Source: Lingula anatina (lineage: Eukaryota; Animalia; Brachiopoda). Taken from it: DNA of 64,000 nucleotides. Both the position numbers and the translations under genes were made by a program. How positions within the stretch are numbered: the stretch's first letter is position 1; every line of letters begins with the position of its first letter. The notes under the pieces were generated by a model, which ran no database searches, was not told the origin of the DNA, and worked only from the letters and a program-made list of their open reading frames with translations. The stretch spans positions 2,767,721 to 2,831,720 of the forward strand of contig CM120648.1 of NCBI GenBank assembly GCA_051362555.1, given 5' to 3'. Below are positions 62,761-64,000 of this stretch, piece by piece.

Positions 62761-63806
62761 AGTAACCGTTGCTGTGACAAGACACTAACATGAGGGTCCT
62801 TTGGGGGGCGCAAAACTCTTTTAAAGACGATAATTTCGAAAATATGGAGATCCAAAATATCGCTTTCAATGGTTGTCGTACGACTTAAAATAGGCAATGC
62901 ATTTTTGTTTGCTCCACTGGCGAATTCAATTAATGAACTGATGTCACAATGACATCAAAGAGATAGATAAAAGTTATAAAAACACGATTTTAATCTTTAT
63001 TTTCATTTATCAGTCATGAAAATATGAAAAAAACCGATGAAAAATAATTTGGAAAAAATATTCCATATTAAATGTCAAGTCTGTACATAGATGTTTAGCA
63101 GAAACAGGCGTTAAGGCGTAAACTGCTGTTTCTGACAACGGAATTTTTATCACTACTGCTAAATTACACTAGTACTATTACAGTTTGTTTTATCAGCTTT
63201 GGGCAAGAAGAACAAAATCACGCACGGGTATCTGGTGAGTAACATGTCTTTCTCATACTATAATTCCAGTATGATCATGTGACAGTCGATTTTAAAATTA
63301 AACATATTCAAGATATTTAAGAGTAACGTTATGCATGTCATTCAATCAGCCCTTTAAAGCTGAATAATTAGACTAGGAAACAAATACAGTAAACAATTAA
63401 AAATGAGATACATTTATTTGAATGTTTCTAGAGTTTATGTTAATTGCATATAATTCAATACACGGCAATTGACATCCATTTACTAAATTATATAAGCATT
63501 ACTATTGTTATTTATAATTATTATATAGGTAAGATTCTGGTATATTTATGGAAGACTTAATATCAATAAACGTGCGAAGTTCCTACGAGAGTATCTTGAT
63601 AAAGTCCAATCCAGCTCTATACATCGATTCCAATGATCGAAAAACAGTAAACAAAGCTCTACCACTGGTACTGTACTGTACCTACAGTAGGAATGTGAAG
63701 TACTTGATATTAAAACATTAAGATATTTCATATCACAGTGTCAGTTCTGTTACGCAGGTTATGTCTAATATATAATCGCGTGCCTGTATATAGAGAAAAC
63801 ACTAAA

Positions 63807-64000
63807 TTAAGCTATATACGTTCGCACAGTTCCCCTAATGGACGCTCTACATATAGGACAACTTCTTAGCGCAGGCGCACACTGTGCACAGGAAACTAAG
63901 TGACCACATGGTAGAAATACTACGCTGACTTCCTCGTCCATGCAGATCTTACACGTCCTTTGTTCTTTAAGACGCTGGTTCTCCTCTATGAGAGATTTGG
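63807..64000 (-). CDS. Second IAP paralog, terminal RING exon (rest of the gene beyond the window)
   Basis: Minus strand reads [63 protein letters not shown], highly similar to 50367-50581. Confidence 0.92.
   Translation of the reverse strand, partial: KSLIEENQRLKEQRTCKICMDEEVSVVFLPCGHLVSCAQCAPALRSCPICRASIRGTVRTYIA

Overview
Intron-rich animal genomic DNA, probably a mollusc or other lophotrochozoan (inferred from gene and transposon content; species not identifiable). In order: (1) the last four exons of a sphingosine-1-phosphate lyase gene, whose intron holds a young Gypsy-type LTR element with identical 247-bp LTRs, an intact Gag carrying an N-terminal helix-hairpin-helix domain, and a decayed pol; (2) a complete ~31-exon P5B-ATPase (ATP13A3-like); (3) two tandem paralogs that share an ARM-like N-terminus but end differently, one ARM-ZU5-UPA-P/Q-rich-Death-like-CARD and one ARM-Death; (4) in the last intron of the second paralog, a 5.07-kb Polinton/Maverick-derived element (AGTAGT...ACTACT, 6-bp TSD) whose ~1.97-kb inverted arms duplicate a packaging-ATPase gene and part of a Harbinger insertion, consistent with a copy-back defective genome; (5) two minus-strand IAP genes, the complete one having lost its RING linchpin Arg, terminal aromatic residue and stop codon relative to its neighbour; (6) many MITEs, a Tc1 relic and microsatellites. 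Exon models and alignments were read by eye; no database searches were run.
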